Of a DNA stretch of 64,000 nucleotides, positions 16,609 to 26,707 are shown in pieces. The notes below the pieces were generated by a model. That model was not told the DNA's origin and did no database searches. It was given only the letters and a program-made list of their open reading frames with translations. The position numbers and the translations under genes are program-made. This DNA is from an uncultured bacterium (GTDB lineage: Bacteria; Patescibacteriota; Saccharimonadia; UBA4664), in the NCBI GenBank assembly GCA_963720265.1, contig CAVRET010000001.1, forward strand, positions 261,916 to 325,915. The letters are read 5' to 3'. Numbering within the stretch: the first letter of the stretch is position 1; each line of letters starts with the position of its first letter.

Positions 16609-18468
16609 ATGAACACTTACAATCGTATCACAGCCACGCTTGAGGCTTTTGTGCGCCGGTATCACGCGTGGATCGCAGGCGGACTGATCTTTATTATGGC
16701 CGTGCTGGCACTTTCGAGCATGGTCGGAAACTCCGCCATCGTGGATGAACTAGCGCACATACCGGCCGGCTACTCGTACCTTAAGTATGGCGACTACCGG
16801 CTCAACCCCGAGCACCCGCCGCTGATGAAGGATTTGGCGGCGATTCCGCTGCAGTTTATGAACCTCAAAGGCTTTAACACCTTGCCGGAATGGACGAGTC
16901 AGGTTAACGGCGAGTGGCAGGCCGGCTACGACTTTTTGTACAACCTGGGCAACAACGCCAACGCCATACTATTTTGGGCGCGGCTGCCGATTTTGCTCGT
17001 GATGCTCGCTTTTGGCGCTTGGCTCTACTGGGTGAGCCGCCGGCACTGGGGCACTGCTGTGGCTTTGCTTGTGCTGTTCTTCTATGTGTTTAGCCCGAAC
17101 TTTTTGGGCCACGGGGCGCTGGTCACGACCGACTTGGGTGCGGCTATCTTTATGTTTGCGGCGCTGGTGATGTTTGGGCGGTTTGGCAAGCAGCCGGACC
17201 GGGGCAATATGTGGTGGCTGTCGGTCGTGCTGGCCGTGGCGGAGTTGGCCAAGTTTTCGTCCATCCTGTTGTATCCGTTTTTCGTTGTAGGATCTGTGGT
17301 GCTGTGGCTCACGATGACGAAACCAAAGGAGAGTTGGCCAAGATTTAAGACCTACGTCGGCCGCACAATTGTAGCCTGCCTCTTAAGTCTGGTTTGGATC
17401 TATCTGGTCTATGCGCCACAGGTGCGCAATATGCCGACTTCGGTGCAAGACAGCCTCATTACCGGTTCGCTGGTGGCTAGCAATGTGACCGGCATTGGCC
17501 AGCTGCTCGTGAATGTCAGCCACATTCCACTGACGAAGCCGTTGGTGCAGTATGGCTTGGGTGTAACCATGGACGTCGGCCGGCTGGCGGGCGGCAACGT
17601 GACCTACTTTAACGGCCAGGTCAACGATGAGAGTTTCCGCGGTTATTTCCCCGAGCTGTTTGTGGTGAAGACACAGGTGGCCATGCTCATACTGATGCTC
17701 GTTACGCTCGGGTTTGGCATCTGGCGGCTCAGACGCGGGCGCGGGCGCTACCGCGATGTTTCGGAGCGCTGGGTACGGCATTTCCAGCGCCACATCTTGG
17801 AATGGTCGCTTGGTACCTTTGCGGTGTTTTATTTTTGTGTGGCAGTGGGCGGCAACCTCGATCTTGGCATCAGGCATATATTACCGGTGTATTTGCCGAT
17901 CTTTGCGCTGGTTTCGATCGGCACAGTCGAGATTTTGCGCAAGCTGAGGCGGATGAAGTGGCGGGTGTCATCGGGCGTGGTATTGGGTTTACTGTTGGCG
18001 TGGTATGCCGGCAGTACCTTGGCTGTAGCGCCGTCGTATATCGCGTACTTTAATGAGCTTATCGGCGGTCCAAATAATGCGTACAAGTATTTTTCGGATT
18101 CGAGCATTGATTGGGGCCAAGACTTTTTCCGGCTGGTCGACTATGTGCGAGCTCATCCGCAGATTAAGCACATTGCAGTGGATTATTTTGGCGGCGCCAT
18201 ACCGGAATATTACGTTTGCCAGCGGTCGTATGATGCCAGCGGGCATTTGATTACAAACGGCACGTATAATTGCTCAAACAGTATCTACGAAGTGTGGCAC
18301 TCGAGCTATGGCCGCTACACTGGTCAGTATATTGCGGTGTCGGAGACGTATTTGGAAAACGATCGGTACTACTCGGCCCAATCCGGGCAGCCGAGTTATG
18401 CCTATCTGCGAGCGATGAAACCGATTGCGAAGATCGGTGGTAGCATTTACGTTTATAAGCTGTATTAA
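16609..18468 (+). CDS. GT-C fold membrane glycosyltransferase (PMT/ArnT-like, polyprenol-phosphate-sugar dependent)
   Basis: DELAHIPAGYSY motif in the first extracytoplasmic loop, about 11 TM helices, large C-terminal soluble domain. Confidence 0.55.
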   Translation: MNTYNRITATLEAFVRRYHAWIAGGLIFIMAVLALSSMVGNSAIVDELAHIPAGYSYLKYGDYRLNPEHPPLMKDLAAIPLQFMNLKGFNTLPEWTSQVNGEWQAGYDFLYNLGNNANAILFWARLPILLVMLAFGAWLYWVSRRHWGTAVALLVLFFYVFSPNFLGHGALVTTDLGAAIFMFAALVMFGRFGKQPDRGNMWWLSVVLAVAELAKFSSILLYPFFVVGSVVLWLTMTKPKESWPRFKTYVGRTIVACLLSLVWIYLVYAPQVRNMPTSVQDSLITGSLVASNVTGIGQLLVNVSHIPLTKPLVQYGLGVTMDVGRLAGGNVTYFNGQVNDESFRGYFPELFVVKTQVAMLILMLVTLGFGIWRLRRGRGRYRDVSERWVRHFQRHILEWSLGTFAVFYFCVAVGGNLDLGIRHILPVYLPIFALVSIGTVEILRKLRRMKWRVSSGVVLGLLLAWYAGSTLAVAPSYIAYFNELIGGPNNAYKYFSDSSIDWGQDFFRLVDYVRAHPQIKHIAVDYFGGAIPEYYVCQRSYDASGHLITNGTYNCSNSIYEVWHSSYGRYTGQYIAVSETYLENDRYYSAQSGQPSYAYLRAMKPIAKIGGSIYVYKLY

Positions 18469-19427
18469 GCGGGGCGGAGTTCCGCCAGGAGATCAGCAAG
18501 CTTGCAGGTAGCGAGGCAAACTCCTTGATCTCCGGATCCGTAGTAGACATACAGCTCCTCTCCGATAATGAGAGCTCCTTCGGGGAAGCAGACATTGTTC
18601 ACGACCCCCGTCTTCTCGTCTGTGGTTTCAGGTAGTAAAAGTGGCTCGTGACTGGCCGCGATAATCTTGCGTGGATTGTCCCGGTCGAGCAATGCAGCAC
18701 AGATGGTCCAGCGGGGTTCGCGCGAGAACCCCGCGTAAATGAAAAGCCAGCCGGCGTCGGTCTCAATTGGTACGGCTCCAACTTCTTGCTCAGTGAACTG
18801 GCCGGCGAGCGGAATTTTGAGATGGTCCTGATTGAGGTCGGCGTTTTGCCAATAGTCCTGTGTGACGTGCCCGAGTTGCTCCAGCGTGTCAAACTCGGAT
18901 GCAATGACGCGGGAGCGGCCTCCGTTCTTCTGATCCGACCAAAGCATGAGATATCGGCCGTTAATTTGATGCGGGATGACGGCAGCGGCTTTGGAATAAC
19001 GTTGCGGCCCAACGACGCCATATTTGGTAACGGTTTTGAAATCGGTCGTCGTGGCCAGGGCGATGCGGACACGCGAGGTGGTTTTCTCACCGGCCACAGC
19101 GGTGTAGAAAATGTAATATTGGTTGCCAATTTGGGTAATGCGGGGATCCTCACAACCGAGGCTGTTTTCGTATGACTGGTCCGGAGCAATTAACGGTTCT
19201 TGTTCCCGCTCCCAATGGACACCGTCGGCGCTCCAGGCTAGGCCGATTGAGGACACGTATCCCCCACGCTCGCTTGTTTTTATGTCATTTGTGGCGCGGT
19301 AGAGCATACCATATCGGCCGTCTGGCATTTTGCCCCAGGTTGTTGGGTTGAATACCGAACCGGCTTCCCAGTGGTTGTTTGAGTTCTTTGTCAGTATAGG
19401 GTTGGCGGAATGACGGGTGAGCCTCAT
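18465..19427 (-). CDS. Glycoside hydrolase family 130 protein (beta-mannoside phosphorylase/hydrolase-like)
   Basis: NPIL...FNP...YRA...IGLAWSADGVHW...LGCEDPRITQIG..YYIFYTA: the GH130 five-bladed propeller signature. Confidence 0.7.
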   Translation of the reverse strand: MRLTRHSANPILTKNSNNHWEAGSVFNPTTWGKMPDGRYGMLYRATNDIKTSERGGYVSSIGLAWSADGVHWEREQEPLIAPDQSYENSLGCEDPRITQIGNQYYIFYTAVAGEKTTSRVRIALATTTDFKTVTKYGVVGPQRYSKAAAVIPHQINGRYLMLWSDQKNGGRSRVIASEFDTLEQLGHVTQDYWQNADLNQDHLKIPLAGQFTEQEVGAVPIETDAGWLFIYAGFSREPRWTICAALLDRDNPRKIIAASHEPLLLPETTDEKTGVVNNVCFPEGALIIGEELYVYYGSGDQGVCLATCKLADLLAELRPA

Positions 19428-19446
19428 TTCCCCACTATAGCAGTTT

Positions 19447-21366
19447 TTACATAATGGGCTTGAGGCCGGCGATGAGTTCGTCTAAGCCAACGGTGGCAAC
19501 GCCGATGACATGATCGGCGGCGCCGTAGTAGAGGTAGATTGTATCACCTTTTACGACTTGGCCGCAGGGAAACACGACATTGGAGATCCAGCCTTCGCGC
19601 TCGTACGGCTCAACCGGAGTCATGAGGGGCTGGGCGGTCCGGCCGATGAGGTGAGTGGGGTCGCGGCGGTCTAGCAGAGCGGCGCCTAGGCAGTAGTGTC
19701 CAGCCTCGGTGATGCCATGGTAAAACAGAATCCAGCCGGCGGGGGTTTTGATGGGTGGTCCGGCAATACCGACTTTTTTCGCGTCCCACATGCCCGGTCT
19801 CGGGCCCAGAATTTGAATACAGCGGGTAAGTTTTTCATCGCGGAAGTTGAGGCTCGTAACGTAATCGGCACAAATGTGGCCCCCTACGCGGTGGAGTACC
19901 ATGTAGCGGCCGTGCATAGCTTCTGGTACGAGGCAGGCGTCTTTGTCGTCGACGCCTTCCGGGCTGATAAGCCGCGCCGGAGTCCAGCGGTCCCAGCGGT
20001 GAACGAGGAAATCGGCGACCGAGATAGAGCTTTCGGCTACTTCTGGCGCAACGACCGAATCATAGGCAGTGTAGGTGAGGTAAAGCCGGTCACCGATGCG
20101 GGTGAGCCGCCCGTCTTCGCAGCCGGAGTTGTCGCTTGGACCGCCATGTTTTTGCTCAAAATCGGCGCGTGGTCCATAGATTGGCGTTTCCAGGCGCTCA
20201 TTAATGTGGAGGCCGTCTTTGGCTCTGGCATAGCCTATGACCGACGTGTTGTCAGGGCCAACCGCGCGGTAGAGTATGTGTGTACTGCCGTCGAGCTCAA
20301 CGGCAGTGGGATTGAGCACGTGACTGGCCTCCCAAGGGTGTGCTGCCACCGGCTCAAGTATCGGATTGCCCTGATAGCGCTTAGCGGCCTGGGTGACGGT
20401 GCCGTCGGCTGACAGGCTGGCCATCAGGCCGGAGAAGCTTAACCGAGCCCGACAGCAGGTGGTGTCGGTACCGCCGTAATAGAGTTCGAGCTCGTCGCCG
20501 TGACGGAGTGCGCCGGACGGAAAGATAATTTTGGGTAAGCGCCCGTAGCGCTCGTAGCCTTCTTCCGGCACCATGAATGGGAAAACGGTCCGGCGTAGGA
20601 CTTTGGTGGGGTGCTCAAGATCGAGCAGGGCGGCTTCGATGCCAAAGGTTTTGTGGTCGGTGAAGTAGTCTTGGATATGGGCGTATAGGAGTAGCCAGCC
20701 GTCCGGCGTCCAAAGCGGGGGCGCGCCAACCTCGACGTGCTCACCGTCGCCGCGCTTAAGATTTAGAGTGTGCTCGTCCAGGTGGTTGTACCAATGCTCC
20801 CAAAAGTAAGGTGACCACATGTCCTCGGGCGCGGCGAATTCGGCAATAGCGATGGAGCTGGGCGGCCGGTCGGAGTTAACGGTCAGAATGGCGCGTAGTT
20901 TGCCGTTGTGTCGCTCGGGGAAGAGCGCCATAGCCTTGGCGTTGAACGGAGTGACAAGATGGCGTTCATCGATGGTTTTCAGATCCTTCGTGGTGGCAAC
21001 CGCGACCTTAATGTTGTCGGGTCCAAATGGGTAGCCGGCTAAGGCAGTGTAGAAAATATAATAGGTGTGGCCAATTTTGGTTACCCGTGGGTCTTCGCAA
21101 CCAAACCGTTCCCACGGTTGTTCAGGCGTAATGAGCTGGCGTGGGCGGTTGAAGCCACGGCCGTTTGCCTCAGCGATGCCAATGGTTGAGAGCTCGAGGT
21201 CAGCTTGTCCAGCGTAGAGCGTGGGATGGGTGGCGGCGCGAAAGATGGCGTGAAGCTTGCCGTCGTGCATAACCGGCGAAGGGTTGAAAGCGGCTTCGGC
21301 GTACCATGGTTCGTTGGTATCGGGGCTGATAAGCGGGTTTTGGGGGTCGCGGGTGACACTAAACAT
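19447..21366 (-). CDS. Tandem GH130-GH130 fusion protein
   Basis: Two complete GH130 modules, each with its own FGCEDPR / SGCEDGR catalytic region and a C-terminal YYGxxD motif. Confidence 0.7.
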   Translation of the reverse strand: MFSVTRDPQNPLISPDTNEPWYAEAAFNPSPVMHDGKLHAIFRAATHPTLYAGQADLELSTIGIAEANGRGFNRPRQLITPEQPWERFGCEDPRVTKIGHTYYIFYTALAGYPFGPDNIKVAVATTKDLKTIDERHLVTPFNAKAMALFPERHNGKLRAILTVNSDRPPSSIAIAEFAAPEDMWSPYFWEHWYNHLDEHTLNLKRGDGEHVEVGAPPLWTPDGWLLLYAHIQDYFTDHKTFGIEAALLDLEHPTKVLRRTVFPFMVPEEGYERYGRLPKIIFPSGALRHGDELELYYGGTDTTCCRARLSFSGLMASLSADGTVTQAAKRYQGNPILEPVAAHPWEASHVLNPTAVELDGSTHILYRAVGPDNTSVIGYARAKDGLHINERLETPIYGPRADFEQKHGGPSDNSGCEDGRLTRIGDRLYLTYTAYDSVVAPEVAESSISVADFLVHRWDRWTPARLISPEGVDDKDACLVPEAMHGRYMVLHRVGGHICADYVTSLNFRDEKLTRCIQILGPRPGMWDAKKVGIAGPPIKTPAGWILFYHGITEAGHYCLGAALLDRRDPTHLIGRTAQPLMTPVEPYEREGWISNVVFPCGQVVKGDTIYLYYGAADHVIGVATVGLDELIAGLKPIM

Positions 21367-21462
21367 GCTAATAGCGTATCATGCTCATGCTTTTCGTATA
21401 AGGTGCGGTTGATAGGCGCTCAGTATTAGGCTTATTAGGACAAACACCGATATAACGTTGAA

Positions 21463-21500
21463 GGCGGCGCCGCAGGGAGATATTCCCGTGCGGCGCCGCC
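21463..21500 (-). terminator. GC-rich hairpin (ggcggcgccgcaggg...cccgtgcggcgccgcc) downstream of the GC-rich small ORF
   Basis: Read directly. Confidence 0.3.
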
Positions 21501-21521
21501 AATGGATGTTGGTTGCGTCAG

Positions 21522-21827
21522 CTAGTGGGAGGATCGGAGCGAGAGCTCGCGCCTGAGCGCGGGACTCTGGGCGATGTCCACCGCGACGATGACCGCGAGA
21601 GCCACGAGCGCCATCCCGCCCGCGAAGGCGAGGACCTCGTAGGCGGCGTTGTGCGCGGTGGCGGTCGCCAGCAAGAGTGCCAGGTAGGCGACCAAGAGCG
21701 CGGTCGCGCGACGGGAGGAGGTCCTCTCCGCTGCCTGACGTGCTCGACGCCTCGCATCTTGTACGGTCCGTCCGGTCGGCTGGGTCATGACGACCTCCAA
21801 CTTGTCTAGGTTTGAGCCTGCGCTCAC
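21522..21827 (-). CDS. Hypothetical small membrane protein in a ~68% GC islet
   Basis: One predicted TM helix (LLVAYLALLLATATA...), Arg-rich N-terminus; composition unlike its flanks. Confidence 0.3.
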   Translation of the reverse strand: MSAGSNLDKLEVVMTQPTGRTVQDARRRARQAAERTSSRRATALLVAYLALLLATATAHNAAYEVLAFAGGMALVALAVIVAVDIAQSPALRRELSLRSSH

Positions 21828-21944
21828 TTATTTGTCCTGCCCCATCAGCCGTTGTGGCTCCTGGCAGTAACGTTTATGTATAATATCATAAAAATATTTA
21901 TAAGTCAATGTCTCGTTTGTTTTTGACGGCCCGATTGTTTGGCT

Positions 21945-23826
21945 TTATTCGTTGATCGGAAGTGAGAGGTCGACGGCCTCAAGCTGAGGCCTGGCGGCGG
22001 CGGTAAGTGCGTTTAAGAACTGCTCGACGTTGGCGCGGGCAGCGGCAATGCGCTTGTCTCCCCCGCCGTAGTAAACGATGAGGTTGGGGCCCACGATAAC
22101 GGCACCGCAAGTGTAAACCACGCCGGGTTTGCCGTCGTTCTCGTACCATTCCTCGGGGGCGAGAATGGGCTCGTTGGTACGGAAGAGGACCTGGGTGGGG
22201 TCGTGCAAGTCGAGCAACATGGCGCCGATTTTGTAGCGGCTGGGATCGGCTTTGTCGATAGCGTGGTAGAGCAAGAGCCAGCCGAGCTCAGTTTTGATGG
22301 GCGGAGCGCCGGCACCGCGCATGCCGTTGTCCCAGTGATGCGCCCGTTTGGGGTCGTGGTAGCCGCGGCCGCCGGCCTGAGGCAGGCTTTCGATGAATTT
22401 TTTGCCGTTGAGGTCATCGAGGCTGTCGACATATTCAACATGAATCTTGGGGCTGACGCCATGCAAAATGGCGTAGCGGCCGCCGATTTTGTCTGGAAAC
22501 AGCACCCAGTTTTTCTGGAGTTCGCCGGGTTTTGAAATGAGCACGGGCTTGCGCCATTTCCAGTGATGTTTTTGGACTTTGTCGAGCGGAATCGAGGTTA
22601 AAGCTTGGCGCACGAAACTCCAGCCCGTCAAAGGCGACATAGCTCATATAGACATCATCATCAATGACCACGGCGCGCGGATCTTCGCAGCCGGCCCAGC
22701 CGCCGCCTGAAACATTTAATTCGGGATCATAGCCGCGCCGGCCGCCGGCTACGGGTTTGGTTGGGATACCCATGCCTTTTATTGGTGTAAATACCGGGTA
22801 CGGTAGGCGCTCGTCAAAATGAATGCCGTCGGAGCTTGAAGCATACCCCAGGCGCGAAATGCCGTCCGGTCCCATGGCCCGGTACAAGAGGTGTACTCGC
22901 TCGCCGTCGGTAAACGCGGCCGGATTAAACACGGCGTGCGACTCCCATTCGTAGAACGTGGGCGAAAGAATGGGGTTGCGGGCAAAGCGGTGGAGTTTGG
23001 TGGCGTGCCGGCCGGAGCTTTGGCGGTGGTAGGGGTTGGGCAGGCGGACCACCACGATCTTGTCGTGAGCGGTTGAGAAATAGAGGTCAATGGTGTGATC
23101 GAATACCACGGCTCCAAGCGTGCGCGGTTCGGACGTGGCTTTGGCTATGAATTCATAGAATGGGGCTTCGGTGCGCCAGAGCACTCGCTCTGGCTCGCTG
23201 CGTGAACACAACAGGGTGCCGATGGCGATGGTGGTGCGGTCCCGTTTGGTAGTACGCGATTCATAGATCACGAGAATGCCGGTTTCAACTTGATCTACTG
23301 CGATAATTTTGAGTGCGGTGTGATCGAACTCGCCCGCTCGTGGCGCAGCTAGCACCTGAGGTACGGCGTGCCAGGCAACTAGGTTTTTGGAAAACGCGAC
23401 CTTGAGATCGCGCTCACCATAATAGAGTACATATTGGCCGTCGTGGCTATATTCCGGCACAACGGCGCCGGTTCCCCTGAGATGGTTGTTGAGTGCTGCT
23501 ACGTGCCACAGGTCCATTTCGCTATCGGCATCGAAAGCAGCCACGCGGACGTATTGCACGTCATCGTGAACAACCGAGTAGGTCAGGAGGCGCTCGTCGA
23601 GTACTGTCGCAATGCGGGCATCGGTTATGTGGGCCAGCGACTCTTTGCGTCCGAGCGGCAGCATGACGGATGGACTTTCATCTGAAAGATGGAAATTCTC
23701 GCCGTGCCCTTGGCCAACAACTAACCGGTAGGTCTCGGAGTACTTGTCGCGTCCTATGAGTCCGACTGCATTATCGTCACGAAAAATCCCAAGCGGATAG
23801 GTCTTCCTTAACCCCGGTTGCTGCAA
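21945..23826 (-). pseudogene. Multi-module GH130 gene interrupted by a frameshift near 22615..22640 (track ORFs 22435..23826 and 21945..22640 overlap)
   Basis: Upstream ORF has a degenerate propeller plus a GH130 N-half ending ...GCEDPRAVVIDDDVYMSYVAFDG. The downstream ORF continues in another frame with the GH130 C-half (...WVLFPDKIGGRYAILHGV...YYGGGD). Confidence 0.55.
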
Positions 23827-23907
23827 CTGTGGATACTCCCTCTCTTCGTGCTCATTTTAGCACAAGCAGTATGAAAGTGAATAGTTTTTGTGTTGTTTTT
23901 TTTACAA

Positions 23908-24681
23908 CTACTTCGAGCTTGTTGCCGGGTGATGGTATGACGGTTCCTGGTAACGTTCGGACCATAGCCACCAGCGAATCTTTAAAGGGTCCAGTACTTC
24001 GCGCAGAGCACTTTTAAACTGCGGGTCGCCGGTGAGGCCGGCTCCGGGCGGTTTGGGGTCGCGCCAGTCCGCCGCTTCAAAAAAGGTGATATGGTAGCCG
24101 AGGTTGCGGGCGATGCCCAAAATCTCGAGATCAAAACTCCAGTTAATCAGGGTCTGGCGGCCGAATATGGCAAGTGCGGCGCTCGCCTCGAAGACTTTAA
24201 AGCCACATTGGGTGTCTTTAATGCCCGGCACCACAAACAACTGGGCGGCTAGATTGGCCAGTTTTGAGACAAGCCGGCGAGTGGGATTGTGGTGAATGCG
24301 CCAGAGGTCGCGTACCGCAATGCCGACTTGGCCGTGTCCGTCCATAAAGTGCTTCACGTCGTCGAGATGACGCAGAGGGGTGGCAAGATCGGCGTCCATG
24401 AACAGACGGTAGCGCCCAGTGGCTTCAAACATGCCGAGGCGCACCTGGTAGCCTTTGCCGACGCGAGGGCCAGAATCGATGACACGCAGGCGTTTGAACA
24501 GATGAGCTTGGCTTTTTGCGATCTCAAGCGTTCCGTCCGGGCTTTTGCAAATGACTGCCAGTACCTCAACCTCGCCGTAATCGTGCTGTTCTAACCAGGT
24601 TGCGAGCTGTTCCAGGCTTGATGCAATGACCGGTGCCTCATTGTAGGCCGGTATGATAATGCTGAGGTCTATTTCACTCAT
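23908..24681 (-). CDS. GT2 polyprenol-phosphate glycosyltransferase (DPM1/GtrB-like)
   Basis: LSIIIPAYNEA, DADLATP (DxD), QCGFKVF: the dolichyl/polyprenyl-phosphate hexosyltransferase pattern. Confidence 0.75.
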   Translation of the reverse strand: MSEIDLSIIIPAYNEAPVIASSLEQLATWLEQHDYGEVEVLAVICKSPDGTLEIAKSQAHLFKRLRVIDSGPRVGKGYQVRLGMFEATGRYRLFMDADLATPLRHLDDVKHFMDGHGQVGIAVRDLWRIHHNPTRRLVSKLANLAAQLFVVPGIKDTQCGFKVFEASAALAIFGRQTLINWSFDLEILGIARNLGYHITFFEAADWRDPKPPGAGLTGDPQFKSALREVLDPLKIRWWLWSERYQEPSYHHPATSSK

Positions 24682-26216
24682 TTGGTTGAATCATACACGT
24701 AATAAATTTGAGCTTGGTTGAAGGTGGAGTACTGTGGTTGCAAGATATGCCCCGGGAATTTGGCCTGAAGGGCCTTGGTGGCGTCCGAGCGCGATGCAGA
24801 GGCAATCAGGAACTCGACCGGCGTGGTGGCGGGTAGGCTTGTTATGGCCTCAGCGGCTACGACCTGGTACGGGGCCTTATCATAGTTGAGATAGGCTATT
24901 ACTGGCAACTGATCGGCCGGCGCGACGATGTAGCGGGTGCCGGTAAACGGCGTCGATGCCATATAATGTGCCATCCCAACGGCGCCTTCGTCGTAGGCCG
25001 CGTAAACCTCAGAAGCGGCGGCCCAGGCGCGGAAGTATTGGGTGTAGCCCTGAAAAATGGTGAGGCCTAGCAATACTATCACGGCCGACTGACCGGCTGT
25101 GCGAGCAGCCGAATTAATTGGAAACGTAGTATACCAGAGTTCGAGCAGATACGATATGCCGATGGCAGATATGACGAATATGGCTGGCATCATAAAAGCT
25201 GCGTGCGCGGCGTTGGGCACACCGACAGTACTCAGCGTTGTGGTAATGATGCCTATGATTAGAATGACAAATATCAGACGGTAGCGTCGCTCGTGTAACC
25301 TGGAAATCCCGACGAGCAGGCCGGCGACTAGGGTGAGGCCGACGAAGGCGTTGAGCATCGGTTCGCCGGCTAGGTTGTGGCGCCAGTTTTGGTCACCCGA
25401 CACATTAAACATGAAGAGCACTTTGAGCAGATTGGCGGTGAGCGTCATTGGGTTTATGGTCAGGCCGAGGGTGCTGGGCAGATGCTTAAGGTTGTGTAAG
25501 GAGATTGTTGCGGTCATGACAAAGCCGGCCAGACCACCGAGGAGCACGCAGGTGGCAAGGACGTGATTGCGGCCGGTAAGGTTTAGTTTGCGTTCACGAA
25601 TCATAATGGATAGGCCGATCCCCAGTGTGGTGGCAAATATGAGCCAGCCGAGCGGGCCAGAGAATAGATTCGCTACCAATGCAACGGCCAGGGCTGTATA
25701 TGTAATGAGGCCAGGCTTTCGGCGGGCCAAGGTGGCAAGCCAGAGCGTGAGTGTGGCCAGAAACGGAATGATGGCGACGCTTGAGCCGTCGCGGCTTAAC
25801 GTTACCGCCCACGGCGTAACGGCCATGAGGAGCGCGCTTAGCCAGGCGGCCCGCAGGCCAAACCAGTTTTTTGTCCACAGCCAGGTAGTAAGCACGGCGA
25901 GGGTGCCAAAAATGGCCGGCCACAGTCGCAAAGCGAGCAGACTGGAGCCCAGGATTTTAACCATGATGCTTTGCAGTGCGACCCACAGCGGAGCGTAATT
26001 GTTAGCCGAGACCAGCCCGGGCAAGTGGGCATGATGCGCAAGCGCTAGCGCCTGCAGGCCAATTGCGGCCGGGGTGTTGTATAGCCCCGGCGGTATGGTG
26101 CCCAGGCGCCAGAAGCGAAATATAGCGCCCAGTGCCGCCGTGGCAGCAAGCGCAATCTGGGACGTGTAAGGGCCAAGCCAAGCGAACGGCGGCTGGAGCT
26201 TGGGTGCGCGTGGCAT
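24678..26216 (-). CDS. GT-C fold membrane protein (PMT_2/ArnT-like), third component of a GtrABC-like module
   Basis: FWRLGTIPPGLYNTPAAIG loop-1 region after TM1, about 12 TM helices. The usual Asp-Glu pair is replaced by Asn-Thr here. Confidence 0.5.
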   Translation of the reverse strand: MPRAPKLQPPFAWLGPYTSQIALAATAALGAIFRFWRLGTIPPGLYNTPAAIGLQALALAHHAHLPGLVSANNYAPLWVALQSIMVKILGSSLLALRLWPAIFGTLAVLTTWLWTKNWFGLRAAWLSALLMAVTPWAVTLSRDGSSVAIIPFLATLTLWLATLARRKPGLITYTALAVALVANLFSGPLGWLIFATTLGIGLSIMIRERKLNLTGRNHVLATCVLLGGLAGFVMTATISLHNLKHLPSTLGLTINPMTLTANLLKVLFMFNVSGDQNWRHNLAGEPMLNAFVGLTLVAGLLVGISRLHERRYRLIFVILIIGIITTTLSTVGVPNAAHAAFMMPAIFVISAIGISYLLELWYTTFPINSAARTAGQSAVIVLLGLTIFQGYTQYFRAWAAASEVYAAYDEGAVGMAHYMASTPFTGTRYIVAPADQLPVIAYLNYDKAPYQVVAAEAITSLPATTPVEFLIASASRSDATKALQAKFPGHILQPQYSTFNQAQIYYVYDSTK

Positions 26217-26707
26217 TACAGAAACACCACTTTTTTATAGGCTACGTAATTCCAAGCCAGGCTAATAATGGTGCCGACTAGTTTGGCAAAGTTTTTGATA
26301 ATGAACTGGTCGTGCCCGCTGACACCTAAGGCGTGGCAAAGCGTGACGGCGGCATCGGCCGGACCGAGCCAGACTTCGGTGAGCAGTTTGATGGTACCGG
26401 TTTGCAAAACGTAGAGGCCGAAGGCGGTGACGAGGTAGAACGAGATGACCTGGCGCCAAAACGGGCCGCTGTGCTCGCGAAACACCAGCTTGCGGTTGGC
26501 GAAAAAGCTCACGATCATGGCCACGGTGGTGGAGATGAGGTTGGCCTGCACCAGGGTGAGCCGGCCAGGCGCCGAGAGAATGTTGAAGAGCCCGAAATCG
26601 ATGAGCGTGTTAACGACGCCGACGAGTCCAAACTGGCCGATACGCTTAGCCTCTGCCCGCTTTGTTTGGCCTTGTGTCACTCCGACCTCATTTGATGATT
26701 TAAGCAT
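26216..26707 (-). CDS. GtrA-family membrane protein (polyprenol-phosphate-sugar flippase-like)
   Basis: FGLVGVVNTLIDFGLFNIL...SFFANRKLVF, 4 TM, about 160 aa; internal start MLKSS preferred. Confidence 0.65.
   Translation of the reverse strand: MLKSSNEVGVTQGQTKRAEAKRIGQFGLVGVVNTLIDFGLFNILSAPGRLTLVQANLISTTVAMIVSFFANRKLVFREHSGPFWRQVISFYLVTAFGLYVLQTGTIKLLTEVWLGPADAAVTLCHALGVSGHDQFIIKNFAKLVGTIISLAWNYVAYKKVVFL

Noticed and set aside
18599-19189. 196-aa and 175-aa alternative-frame ORFs over the GH130 gene
   Set aside because: Low-complexity Pro/Ser/Arg-rich translations typical of wrong-frame reading of GC-rich coding DNA.
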